From the NCBI GenBank assembly GCA_965200315.1, contig OZ241362.1, positions 4,480,001 to 4,544,000 of the forward strand: 64,000 nucleotides of DNA, read 5' to 3'. Below the pieces are notes generated by a model. It had not been told where the DNA came from and made no database searches. It worked only from the letters and a program-made list of their open reading frames with translations. Every line of letters starts with the position of its first letter. The first letter of the stretch is position 1. A program made the position numbers and the translations under genes. This DNA is from Candidatus Latescibacterota bacterium (lineage in GTDB: Bacteria; Latescibacterota; UBA2968; UBA8231). Below are positions 1-9,484 of this stretch, piece by piece.

Positions 1-475
1 ATGCACCTTGAGGTACCCGTCGAAGACCAGTCTGGCGAAAAGGCGCTTGGCATTCTAATCCCAAAAATCATCGGCTAACATACATTCAGGGTCATTAGCT
101 ACCGAGGAATCGGTCGCATTCCCAAAAATCTCAAGAGTAGCACCGATGCGAGCAAGCGCATTTTGCTCGACCAACTTCCCAAGCTGCTCAGTGGATATGG
201 AAAGGCATTTGCCGGACACTCTGCCTATCCGGCAGCCGTAATCGTGGGATGTGATTTAGATACCAAGTGCCTGAAAGGATTTCGCCAAGAACTCTTCACA
301 GTTCTGAATTCTGAATGCGTGCAATCCCCAACCCAAGATCCGGTTTTGCATTGCCATAGAAGAAGGCGAGGCCTGGCTACTCGGCGACGTTCCCGCGATC
401 AAAGCAGCTTATCCAAAGGCCAAGGACCTTATCTTGAGTCGTTACAAAAACGACGCCATTTGCGGCACCTCGGAA
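1..475 (+). pseudogene. DUF4276-family protein pseudogene (stop, frameshift, truncation)
   Basis: Reads MHLEVPVEDQSGEKALGILIPKIIG then TAA at 76-78, continuing in frame HTFRVISYRGIGRIPKNL...CDLD. A 7-bp duplication TCTGAAT (303-316) shifts the frame; the other frame continues ACNPQPKIRFCIAIEEGEAWLLGD, the family's E-x-E-A-W motif. Confidence 0.75.
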
Positions 476-1930
476 TCAGCGCGTGCTCTTGCCCGTCAGC
501 ACGAACCACACCGTTTGCAGCATGATCTTGAAATCCAGCTTGAGCGACATGTTCTCGATGTAGTATAAATCGTACTCCAGCCGCTCGCGGGCAATGCCCA
601 CGAGGTCCTTGGAATCGAGGTCGAACTCGTGCTTGGACTGCGCCCAGCCCAACAGGCCGGGCTTGACGTTGAAACGCCGCATGTACAAGGGAATCTGCTT
701 TTTGAACTGCTCGACGAAAAACGGGCGTTCGGGCCGCGGGCCGACCAAGCTCATGTCGCCGCGCAGGAAGTTGATGCACTGGGGAATCTCGTCTAAGTGC
801 AGGGCGCGCAGCACCCGGCCAACCGGCGTGACGCGCGGGTCGGCACCCTTGGCCCACACCGGGCCGGTTTTCTCCTCGGCATCCACGTACATCGAGCGAA
901 ACTTGAGCATCGCAAAAGTTCGGCCTCCCTCGCCGACGCGCTCTTGGCGAAAGAAAATAGGCCCCTTGGAGGTCAGCTTGATCGCCGCGGCCACCAACAG
1001 CCACAATGGGGCCAAGCCCGCGAGCACGACGACGGCCCCCACCACGTCGATGAGCCGCTTGACCGTCCGCTGCCAAGCCGGCATCAACTCGGGCGTGAGT
1101 TCCATCAGCGGCACGCCGTAAATCTGCGTCGTGCGCACATGCCCCGTAACAATGTCGTACAGGTCGGGCGTGATGCCGAAGGAGACCGGCAGTCCCTCGG
1201 CCTCCTCGACGATTTGCATGATTTCTGTGTGCGAATTGGATTGCAGGGCGATGAGCACGGCCTCAATGCCCTCGGCCGCTAGGATGGTGCGCAGGTCGCT
1301 TACTGCGCCAAGCACGGGTAGGCCGTCAATGGCCGCGTGATCGTTCTCGCCGCGCGCCCGCACAAGGCCCACAATTTCATATCCCTGTGCCGGTGCCGCA
1401 CGCAACGCACGCAGCAACCGGGTGCCGCGTGCATTCACGCCCACGATGGCCGTGCGCCGCAGGCCAATGCCGCGCAGCAAAAGCTGCCGCTCAAAGCTGC
1501 GCACTAGCACTCGCCCACCCGCTACTAGCGCGACCATGCCCAGCCAGTAGAACAAGACCAGCAGCCGAGTGAGGCGGATGTCGCGGTCAAAGGTGGCGAC
1601 CATGGCCAGCAAGATGCCCAAGGTAACGACCTTGAGAACCTCGTACATTTCGTCGAAGCGCGAGCTAGAGGGCGAGGATTGATAGAAGCCAAAAAACAGG
1701 AACAGCAGCAGCCAGCAGCCGCTAATCAGCGGCAGCACGTCTGAGTAATAGCCCAGTGCATACCAGAAGCTCGGTCCGGCCACCGCGTCTGGATAGAGCC
1801 GCTCGTAGTTGTGGCGGACGATCTCCAGCCCGCCGCCGGCTAACTTCATCCATACAAAGAAAATCGACGCCAAACTGACGGCGGCCATGTCGCTCAATAG
1901 CAGCAGAACAACGCGTTTCAGGCGCGACAT
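476..1930 (-). CDS. Polyprenyl-phosphate glycosylphosphotransferase (WcaJ/WbaP-like priming sugar transferase)
   Basis: N-terminal TM helices, Rossmann-like middle, C-terminal KFRSM...LDEIPQ...GDMSLVGPRPERP motifs. Confidence 0.93.
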   Translation of the reverse strand: MSRLKRVVLLLLSDMAAVSLASIFFVWMKLAGGGLEIVRHNYERLYPDAVAGPSFWYALGYYSDVLPLISGCWLLLFLFFGFYQSSPSSSRFDEMYEVLKVVTLGILLAMVATFDRDIRLTRLLVLFYWLGMVALVAGGRVLVRSFERQLLLRGIGLRRTAIVGVNARGTRLLRALRAAPAQGYEIVGLVRARGENDHAAIDGLPVLGAVSDLRTILAAEGIEAVLIALQSNSHTEIMQIVEEAEGLPVSFGITPDLYDIVTGHVRTTQIYGVPLMELTPELMPAWQRTVKRLIDVVGAVVVLAGLAPLWLLVAAAIKLTSKGPIFFRQERVGEGGRTFAMLKFRSMYVDAEEKTGPVWAKGADPRVTPVGRVLRALHLDEIPQCINFLRGDMSLVGPRPERPFFVEQFKKQIPLYMRRFNVKPGLLGWAQSKHEFDLDSKDLVGIARERLEYDLYYIENMSLKLDFKIMLQTVWFVLTGKSTR

Positions 1931-1937
1931 AAACGCT

Positions 1938-3077
1938 CTACCTCGCGGGCTGCCAGACGCGGTGGCGGCGGCCCATTAGAAAGCTCAAAAGCCCCAGCAA
2001 GGTGCCCCAATTGGTGGCGGTGAAATAGGCCGGCACGTAGAAAAGCCAATAGCGCCCGAGCCGCTCCGGCAGCAAGAGGCCCAACGCAGCCAAGCCGTAG
2101 AAAGCGGCTTGCAGCGCGAGCAAGATACCGTAGTACTCGCTTGCGGCCAACGGGATATTGACTGCGAGCACCACCAACAGCCACATTGGCACGAGCCAGC
2201 GGAGCAGCTTGTGGGAAAACATCTGAAACGCAAAAAAAAAGTGCGCGAACGGGTTGAGCACGCCGGCTTCGGTCCACAGCCCGTAGAGCGAGCGCGAGAC
2301 AATGCGGCGGCGGCGGCGGAACTCGTCGCCAAAGCGACCGCTGCTGTACTCGGTGGCAACGGCTGTTGGCTCGTACGCGATGCGAAAGCCGCGCCGCCAA
2401 GCGTGCAGGGGCGCGACAAAGTCGCTGATAATATCGCCGTGCAGCTCGACGAACAACTCGCGCCGGAGCGCGTAGATCGCCCCATTGGCGCCCAACGCAG
2501 AGCTGAGCAAGCTCTCCCGGCGCTTGAGAAACTGCTCGTAGCGCCAGTACAGGCCTTCGCCCTTGCCAGCACCTTGATCATCCGGGTTGGCGTATTGCAG
2601 TTCGCCACAGACGCAGCCGATTCGCTCGTCGGCAAAGGGTGCCAACAGCCGCTTGAGCGCACTGGGCGCGTACATGCTGTTGGCGTCGGAGAACGCGACA
2701 AACTGCCCCCGCGCCAAGCGCACCCCGGCGTTTTGCGCCTCGGTCTTGCCGCCGCGGACCTCCTGCCGGTGCAGCCGCACCCCGCGTGCGGCAAATTCGG
2801 CGGCAATGCGGTCGGTGCCATCGGTTGAGGCGTCTGAGACGACGATGATGTCGAGCCGCTCGGCCGGGTAGTCCATGGCCAGCGCGTTTTCTAGCTTGGC
2901 GCGCAATACGGCTTCTTCGTTGTGCGCGCCAATGATCAGCGACACTGTGGGCCATTCGCCGAGCGGCGCGTACTCGGGCATCTTGCGGCCGGCCGCTAAG
3001 AGCCAGAGCAAAACCGGGTAGATCAGATAGGTATAGACGACGAGGAATAAAGCGGCCCAAAAAATGGCGATGAGCAT
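1938..3077 (-). CDS. Glycosyltransferase family 2
   Basis: IGAHNEE, VSDASTD, FSDAN motifs; flanking TM segments. Confidence 0.92.
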   Translation of the reverse strand: MLIAIFWAALFLVVYTYLIYPVLLWLLAAGRKMPEYAPLGEWPTVSLIIGAHNEEAVLRAKLENALAMDYPAERLDIIVVSDASTDGTDRIAAEFAARGVRLHRQEVRGGKTEAQNAGVRLARGQFVAFSDANSMYAPSALKRLLAPFADERIGCVCGELQYANPDDQGAGKGEGLYWRYEQFLKRRESLLSSALGANGAIYALRRELFVELHGDIISDFVAPLHAWRRGFRIAYEPTAVATEYSSGRFGDEFRRRRRIVSRSLYGLWTEAGVLNPFAHFFFAFQMFSHKLLRWLVPMWLLVVLAVNIPLAASEYYGILLALQAAFYGLAALGLLLPERLGRYWLFYVPAYFTATNWGTLLGLLSFLMGRRHRVWQPAR

Positions 3078-3283
3078 GGGATTCTGGCGGTAGAAGGTGT
3101 ATCTTATCTCGTTATATTTTCGTCATTTGTATTCATTTATGCAACCGTGCATTGCTCGTGCTTTGGCCGGTCAGACCTGCGCCCATCACCACCGTTTATA
3201 GCCCCTTTGACAACCGCATCTTTTACCGCGATTTCGTCTTGGCCGAGTGCATCCTTTGCGCTGCCGGACAATCCCAAGCGGCC

Positions 3284-4441
3284 CTAACGCAGCACATCCT
3301 CGTAGACCGCTTGGATCTGCGCCGCCACCCGGCGATAGTCGTAGCGTGCCTCGGTCTGCTGGCGGATCGCCTCGCGGTCGTAGCGGTGGTAGTTATCTAG
3401 CACCGCGAGGATGCCCGCCGCTAAGTCCTCCGCATCGCCGACTGCCACTAGCCGTCCGACCTCCTCATTGACGACCTCCTCCGGCCCGCCACAGCGCGTG
3501 GCGACCACGGGCAGGCCACAGGCCATAGCCTCGACCAGCGAAGTGGTCAGGCCCTCGCTGAAACTGGGCAGCACGAACAGATCGGCGGCCGCCATATAGG
3601 GGGGTAGATCCTCCCAAGGTAGCGCGTCCTCAAACGACACCTGCGCGGACAGGTTCAAGGCCCTGACTTGAGGTAGGAAAGGATCGGCGGTCCCGGTCGC
3701 CGGGTGGCCGCCGACCAAGGTCAACGAGACTTGGCGGCCCTGACTGCGCACTTTAGCCAGCGCCGCCAGCAAGACGCGCAATCCCTTTGCCTCGACAAAC
3801 CGGCCCACATAAAGTAGGCGCCACCCTTCTTTGTCGGGCTGGTGCGACCCGGTCGCCGAAAAGAGCCGGCAATCGACGCCGTTGGGAATGCAGCGAACCT
3901 TATCGGGCGGAACTCCCAAGTGCAGGACCTCGCGGCGCAGCTCTTGGCTGACGGCAATAACGGCCGCCGCTTGCGTTAGGGCCTCAACTATTCGTTGCCG
4001 CCATTGGGACTTGAGCTTGGGCAGAATCTTGACGTCGGAACCGTGGACTGTGATGACTACGGGCCGGCCGGTTTGTGCGCCGTACTCAATAGCGGCCCGG
4101 CCGTCGGGATAGGCGCAGTGCGCGTGGATGATGTCCGGCCTACTCTCAACAGCGTTGAGCAAAGCCTTGAGGTGAAAACGCCACTGCTCGGTAAAGAAAA
4201 TCCGCCGCGGCAGGGCAAAGCGGCGGGGATGCCGCACCTCGATACCGTCCAGCACTTCGCGGCGCGGGACCTGGCGGTAGGCACTCCACAACCCAAATCC
4301 CGGCAGGGGAAACCAAGGCACGGGTGCCACTACCTCTAGCTGACAATGCTCTTTGAGGAAGCGCACCTGATTGTGGACAAAACTGCCGTAGATCTTGGAT
4401 ATGACGTTGGGATAGAGGTGCGATAGCACCAAGACCTTCAC
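3284..4441 (-). CDS. Glycosyltransferase family 4
   Basis: IPNGVD, YVGRF and PSFSEG...EAMACGLPVV (EX7E) motifs. Confidence 0.92.
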   Translation of the reverse strand: MKVLVLSHLYPNVISKIYGSFVHNQVRFLKEHCQLEVVAPVPWFPLPGFGLWSAYRQVPRREVLDGIEVRHPRRFALPRRIFFTEQWRFHLKALLNAVESRPDIIHAHCAYPDGRAAIEYGAQTGRPVVITVHGSDVKILPKLKSQWRQRIVEALTQAAAVIAVSQELRREVLHLGVPPDKVRCIPNGVDCRLFSATGSHQPDKEGWRLLYVGRFVEAKGLRVLLAALAKVRSQGRQVSLTLVGGHPATGTADPFLPQVRALNLSAQVSFEDALPWEDLPPYMAAADLFVLPSFSEGLTTSLVEAMACGLPVVATRCGGPEEVVNEEVGRLVAVGDAEDLAAGILAVLDNYHRYDREAIRQQTEARYDYRRVAAQIQAVYEDVLR

Positions 4442-5889
4442 GGTTGCTCCTCGCGCTTTTCAAGCGCCGGCACGGCAAACATGACTCCCGTGAACATCCA
4501 CAAGAAATTGTTGGCAAACTCGCCGGTGAAGGTGAGGCTGACTTGGAAGGTGACGAAAATCGCGGCGAGCGCGATCATCACACTGCGCAAGTACTCGTCC
4601 TGCATGCGCTTTATATGGTTGAGCGCAAAAGCCAAGATGCGCCAGACGATCCAGATAGCAGCGAGCATCCCCACGATCCCGAGTTCCGCGATGATGGTTG
4701 CAAACAGGGTGTGAGACTCGCGGGTCGGCAGCCAGTGGGGAAACCCTTCGGGCTTGTAGTCTTCAAAGACGACCGGAAAAGCACGCCAACCGACCCCGAG
4801 CAAGGGATGCGTTAAGAACATTTTGAATCCGGCGATGGCGAAGTAAACCCGCGCAGTACTCGAAGCCCGGCTGTCGGCTCCAAACTCCATAAATAGCGAG
4901 AAGATAGAATAGAACCGCTCGAAAATGTAATCGGCAAAAGAGACGTAGTTCTTGATAATCAAGATGGCGGCGCAAAACGCTATTGTGACGTAAAAGAGGT
5001 AGCGCAACTTGCCTGCCAAAAGCAGCAGCACGACCGTCCCCACGAACAGTGCCATCCAATTGCTGCGGCTGAAGGTGATGACCAAAGCCACAGTCCCCAG
5101 CCCAATTGCCACCAGCAACAGCAGCCGCTTCCACCAGCGCAGCTTGGGCACCAGGAAAATTCCGGCCATGAAGAGAATGCTCACGGCGAGAAAGGTGCCG
5201 AAGATGTTGGGATTGTGATAGGTTCCAGAAGCGCGCGGCGTATTGGCGCCCACGCTAGAAACCACGCTCGCCGGCAGGTAGAATTGTTCCGAGATGATCT
5301 GGAACACGGCTAGAATAGACGCGCCGGTCAATACTACTCCCAGCGACACAATCGTCAGGTTGAGCACGCGACGCGAGTCGATGAGCACTTGGGTCATATA
5401 GAGAAACAAGGCCAAAAAGACGATGCGAAAGAAACTAACCGTGGCTTCTGGTTGGTTGGGCGAATAGGTGAGGGAGACCGCCATACAACCGAGAAACAGC
5501 ACGAGCGGTGCTTGTATTTCGAGCGGTGGAAAGGTGCGGCGCTTTTGCAGAAAAATGTGGCTGGCTAATGCAATGAAGAGCAGGACAAACGACAAATGAA
5601 AGCCGGTAACCGACACCCCGAGGGCGGTTGTTTGGATGACGCGGCCGGCCGAATCCAAGGCCGTGGTGACAATGATTGCTGGAATCGCGAGCCAAGGATA
5701 GAGGGTCAGGAGGAATAGCGCGAGACACAACACAATGACGAGTGCCGCTCCCCCCAAGCCCCACAATGCCTGTTCGCGCGGCAAGAAGAGAATAGAGACC
5801 AAAACCGCTACTTGGACCAGCAGGAAAACAGCAAACCCTTTGTAGCCTATTTGGGTTAGATACGCACGCTGTTGGACCAATTGTGTCAT
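4438..5889 (-). CDS. O-antigen ligase / Wzy-type polymerase family membrane protein
   Basis: Many TM helices; RASGTYHNPN, TFSRS, HPLLGVG and H-x-L...AELG motifs. Confidence 0.85.
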   Translation of the reverse strand: MTQLVQQRAYLTQIGYKGFAVFLLVQVAVLVSILFLPREQALWGLGGAALVIVLCLALFLLTLYPWLAIPAIIVTTALDSAGRVIQTTALGVSVTGFHLSFVLLFIALASHIFLQKRRTFPPLEIQAPLVLFLGCMAVSLTYSPNQPEATVSFFRIVFLALFLYMTQVLIDSRRVLNLTIVSLGVVLTGASILAVFQIISEQFYLPASVVSSVGANTPRASGTYHNPNIFGTFLAVSILFMAGIFLVPKLRWWKRLLLLVAIGLGTVALVITFSRSNWMALFVGTVVLLLLAGKLRYLFYVTIAFCAAILIIKNYVSFADYIFERFYSIFSLFMEFGADSRASSTARVYFAIAGFKMFLTHPLLGVGWRAFPVVFEDYKPEGFPHWLPTRESHTLFATIIAELGIVGMLAAIWIVWRILAFALNHIKRMQDEYLRSVMIALAAIFVTFQVSLTFTGEFANNFLWMFTGVMFAVPALEKREEQP

Positions 5890-5895
5890 GGCACA

Positions 5896-7236
5896 TCACG
5901 CACGAATAAAGGCCAGCACCTCGTCCCGCTTCTCGGCCATGCGCTCCGCGGAAAGGGCCTCTAGGTTGAGGCGCAACAGCGGCTCGGTATTGGAGGGCCG
6001 CACGTTGAAGTGCCAGTCGTCGTAGCGGACCGAAATCCCGTCGAGGTGCTGGAGGCGACCGTCTTGGTAGCGGTCGGCTAGGGCCGCAATTTTGGCGGCC
6101 GGATCCGCGACCTCGGAGTTGATCTCCGAGGTCGTGAAGTAGTGGCGCTCTAACGGAGCGAGCAGCTCGGAGAGCTTAACCGCGCGCTGCGACAACAGCT
6201 CCAGCATCACCAGCGACGGCACGATGCCGGAATCTGCGCCAAAGAAGTCGCGAAAGTAGTAATGGCCACTCAGCTCGCCTGCGAAAACGGCTCCTTCCTC
6301 AAACATCCTCGGCTTGAGAAACGAATGGCCCACGCGCTCGATCAGTGGGATGCCGCCGGCTGCTTTTACGAGGTCGGACACGGCCCACGAGCAGCGCACG
6401 TCGTACACGATTTTGGCACCGGGATCGCGCTCTATCATGTAGCAAGCCATCAGCGCGGTCGCAAAGTCGCCGGGCACGAAGCGGCCCCGGTCATCGATGA
6501 TGAAGAAGCGGTCGCCATCGCCGTCAAAGGCAAAGCCGACGTCCGCGCCTTCGGCTAAGACGCGCTGCTCCAAGTCGGCGCGGTTTTCCGGCTGCATTGG
6601 GTCGAGGCCGTGGTGGGGCAGGTGGCCATCCGGCTCTAAATACATGCCGATAAACTCAATGGGCAATCGCTCGTACACCTCTTGCAGAACCGGCCCGACC
6701 ATGCCGTTGCCCGTATCGGCCACTACCTTGAGCGGCTTGATGCGGGCCGGATCCACGAGGCTCAACACCTTGTCGATAAAGCCCGGCGTCACGTCCTCGG
6801 CTCGAACCGCGCCCTGCCTCTGACCCGCGCCCCAGCTTTCTGCTGCCACGAGGCGGCGCAGGTCTTGGAGCCCGGATTCGCCGCTGAGTAGATAGGGCAT
6901 TTGGCGCACCATCTTGAAGCCGCAGTATTCGGGTGGGTTGTGCGAAGCCGTTACCATTGCGCCCGGGCGCTCCAAGGTGGCGCAGGCATAGTAGTATTGA
7001 TCGGTGCCGACCATGCCGATGTCGATGACGTCTGCGCCTTGATCGACGAGGCCGCGCGAGAGGTGCTCTTTTATGGCCGGACTCGAAAGGCGCATGTCGC
7101 GCCCCACGACGACCTCCTCGCACTTCAGCAGGGCCACAAAGGCGCGGCCTATGGAGTAGGCCACTTTTTCGCTCAGGGGGGCGGGATAGATGCCGCGGAT
7201 ATCGTACGCTTTGAAGATGGAAGGATCGACCTGCAT
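5896..7236 (-). CDS. manB: Phosphomannomutase/phosphoglucomutase
   Basis: FKAYDIRG, TASHNP (phosphoserine), DGDGDR and GELSGH motifs. Confidence 0.93.
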   Translation of the reverse strand: MQVDPSIFKAYDIRGIYPAPLSEKVAYSIGRAFVALLKCEEVVVGRDMRLSSPAIKEHLSRGLVDQGADVIDIGMVGTDQYYYACATLERPGAMVTASHNPPEYCGFKMVRQMPYLLSGESGLQDLRRLVAAESWGAGQRQGAVRAEDVTPGFIDKVLSLVDPARIKPLKVVADTGNGMVGPVLQEVYERLPIEFIGMYLEPDGHLPHHGLDPMQPENRADLEQRVLAEGADVGFAFDGDGDRFFIIDDRGRFVPGDFATALMACYMIERDPGAKIVYDVRCSWAVSDLVKAAGGIPLIERVGHSFLKPRMFEEGAVFAGELSGHYYFRDFFGADSGIVPSLVMLELLSQRAVKLSELLAPLERHYFTTSEINSEVADPAAKIAALADRYQDGRLQHLDGISVRYDDWHFNVRPSNTEPLLRLNLEALSAERMAEKRDEVLAFIRA

Positions 7237-7238
7237 GC

Positions 7239-8309
7239 TCAGATGAAGCGGCGCAGGGTGACGTCGAGCGTGCGCACGCCGCCCGCAGCCGGTTGGTGCT
7301 GCACTAGGATCGGGCTTTGGTACGTGCCCTGTAGGATGCGATTCGCGCCGGCTCCCGCGCTGTCTGAGACCAGCAGTCGGATGTGGCGCTTTAGGCGCAA
7401 GATGCGCTGGGCCGGCGTCGATAGCACCGAAAAGATGCGGTCGATGACCGACCTTCCCACCGGAACTTGGTCGAGCAATTCGTTGTAGAAGCGGAGGGAA
7501 TCGTAGGCCGCATACGCATGCATCTTGCCGGGGATGGAAGCCGGGTGCCGCAGGAGCCGCTTGCCGTGTTGGAACACGTAGCGCAGCGGATCGCTGAGGG
7601 CCAAGGGCAAGTCGTTGCGCATCAACAGAGTCTCGTACTCGTTGACGGTCATGCCGACGTGCTTTTCCTCCGGGGCGAGGCGGATGTCGATGCAGCCTTT
7701 GTCTATGCCGGATTGTCGCAACCGCTCGGCGAGCGTTGCAAAGAGGCCGTAGCGTGGGTCCTTGAGGTTGAAGGCGTCGATCGCATGGCTGCCGCCCACC
7801 GGGAGCTCCACCCGACCGCGATGCACGATCTCGGTGCGATTGTAGGCTATAACTGCGGTGTGTCGGCTGCGCACGTAGTGCTTGTAGATGCCGTCTAGCT
7901 CAATGAAGTACACCGGCTCCTCGGGGCGGTGGATGTAGGTCACGCAGTTTTTGAGACCCGCGGCGATAAAGGTCAGGTGTGAGTCGGCGTTGACCGGCTC
8001 CCTTTCCTTTTCGCCCTCGCTGAGCTCGTCGCGCAGCTGCATGCGGTCGTGGAAATAGCCGGCGTTGTAGGGAAATATCTTTTGGATGGCGCGGATAAAT
8101 GGGTCGATCTGCTTGCGGCTATGGCCCAAGCGCCTACTCGTGCCCTGCTCTATATAGCCGGCCGTGGTGTGTAACGAACAGTACGCGGCTTTGCGAAAAG
8201 GGCGCAACTCGTCGCCGACTTGCTGGCGGATTAGCTCGGCGATGTCGATGATCGCAAAGCGCCGCTGGGGGCGGATGGTTAAACTGAGCTCTGCGGGTTG
8301 TGGAGCCAC
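7239..8309 (-). CDS. Hypothetical protein with tandem YjbQ/UPF0047-like domains
   Basis: HTTAG...NADSHL...FIELDG in the first half; GMTVNE...GTYQSPIL in the second. The start is uncertain: GTG at 8309 follows AGGA, while the ORF is open to 8399. Confidence 0.6.
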   Translation of the reverse strand: MAPQPAELSLTIRPQRRFAIIDIAELIRQQVGDELRPFRKAAYCSLHTTAGYIEQGTSRRLGHSRKQIDPFIRAIQKIFPYNAGYFHDRMQLRDELSEGEKEREPVNADSHLTFIAAGLKNCVTYIHRPEEPVYFIELDGIYKHYVRSRHTAVIAYNRTEIVHRGRVELPVGGSHAIDAFNLKDPRYGLFATLAERLRQSGIDKGCIDIRLAPEEKHVGMTVNEYETLLMRNDLPLALSDPLRYVFQHGKRLLRHPASIPGKMHAYAAYDSLRFYNELLDQVPVGRSVIDRIFSVLSTPAQRILRLKRHIRLLVSDSAGAGANRILQGTYQSPILVQHQPAAGGVRTLDVTLRRFI

Positions 8310-8427
8310 ATTAAATATCCTGAGTCGCGTTTGTATCGAGCGCCGACACACACTATCTTGCTGTTGATTAAAAATACCCTCCAGTAAATGCCCACGCAAC
8401 CAAAGACGTTCCTAATTCTTAATTCCC

Positions 8428-8931
8428 ATGAAGACCTTGCTAATCATGCGCCATGCCAAGTCGGCTTATCCTCCCGGGATAAGCGACGATTTCGACCGCC
8501 CGCTCAACAAGCGCGGCCGTGCGGATTTGCCGCGTATCGCCCACCTGCTCGCAGCGTACGGCCCGCGCCCCGATCTCGTGCTGGCCTCGGCGGCACGCCG
8601 GGCGCAGCAGACGGCCACTGGCCTAGCCGCATCTCTCGGCCTGCCGCCGAGTGCCCTGCACTTGGACGACGCGCTCTACCTCGCATCCCCCAGCACTTTG
8701 GCCCGAGCGGCGGCCGACTTGCCAGACAGCACCCAGACCAGCCTCATCATCGCCCACAACCCCGGGCTGGAGGAGTGGATCGGCGAGCTAACGGGCGCAC
8801 ACATCGCCCTGCCGACTGCGGGTTTAGCCGCCGTCGAATTGGGCATCCACACTTGGGCAGAAATCCGCCGCGGCTGCTTGCTCTACTTCGTGGTGCCGCG
8901 GCTGGTAAAAGCCATAACTCAACGACAATGA
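8428..8931 (+). CDS. sixA: SixA-like phosphohistidine phosphatase
   Basis: MRHAKS, DFDRPL.KRG and AHNPG motifs. Confidence 0.85.
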   Translation: MKTLLIMRHAKSAYPPGISDDFDRPLNKRGRADLPRIAHLLAAYGPRPDLVLASAARRAQQTATGLAASLGLPPSALHLDDALYLASPSTLARAAADLPDSTQTSLIIAHNPGLEEWIGELTGAHIALPTAGLAAVELGIHTWAEIRRGCLLYFVVPRLVKAITQRQ

Positions 8932-8935
8932 GCGG

Positions 8936-8965
8936 TTGACGAATGTCGCGGGGATGGCTTATTTT
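8936..8965 (+). promoter_or_regulatory. Possible sigma70 promoter for the PTS EIIA gene
   Basis: TTGACG-N18-TATTTT in the intergenic gap. Confidence 0.35.
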
Positions 8966-8992
8966 TCAACAAATTACCCGGAGATAACGCGC

Positions 8993-9466
8993 ATGAACCT
9001 GTCGGACATTCTGTCGCTCGAATCCATCATAGTTGACCTCAAAGGAGAATCCAAAGAGGAGATCATCACCGAACTGGTCAACTCGCTCGTAGTCGGCGAT
9101 GCGATCACCGACCGCGACCAAGTATTGCAAGCTGTACTCGACCGCGAAAAAATCATGAGCACGGGCATTGGCGACGGCATCGCCATCCCCCACGGCAAGT
9201 CGGCCGCGGCGACCGAACTAGTCGCTGCTATGGGCACTCAGCGGTGGGGCATGGATTTCGACGCCCTCGATGGCGAGCCAGCCTATGTGTTCTTCCTGCT
9301 GGTCTCCCCGGCCAACGTCTCCGGCCCCCACATCAAGGCATTGGCGCGGATTTCGCGCTTGCTCAAAAACGAAGAGTTCAAAAAGAAGCTCATCGACGCG
9401 AATTCAGCCGAGGAAATCATCGCCACCATCGAAGCGGCCGAGCGCGATATTCCTGCTGCGAACTAG
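8993..9466 (+). CDS. PTS EIIA component (fructose/mannitol/Ntr family, PtsN-like)
   Basis: RE..MSTGIG.GIAIPHG phospho-His motif; GGAG upstream of ATG at 8993. Confidence 0.9.
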   Translation: MNLSDILSLESIIVDLKGESKEEIITELVNSLVVGDAITDRDQVLQAVLDREKIMSTGIGDGIAIPHGKSAAATELVAAMGTQRWGMDFDALDGEPAYVFFLLVSPANVSGPHIKALARISRLLKNEEFKKKLIDANSAEEIIATIEAAERDIPAAN

Positions 9467-9484
9467 CGCGGCCCCTTCCCCGTC

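Noticed and set aside
3078-3283. Possible c-di-GMP riboswitch or small ORF between the GT genes
   Set aside because: Only GCAAAG matches; no convincing P1/P2 stems and no RBS-supported ORF.
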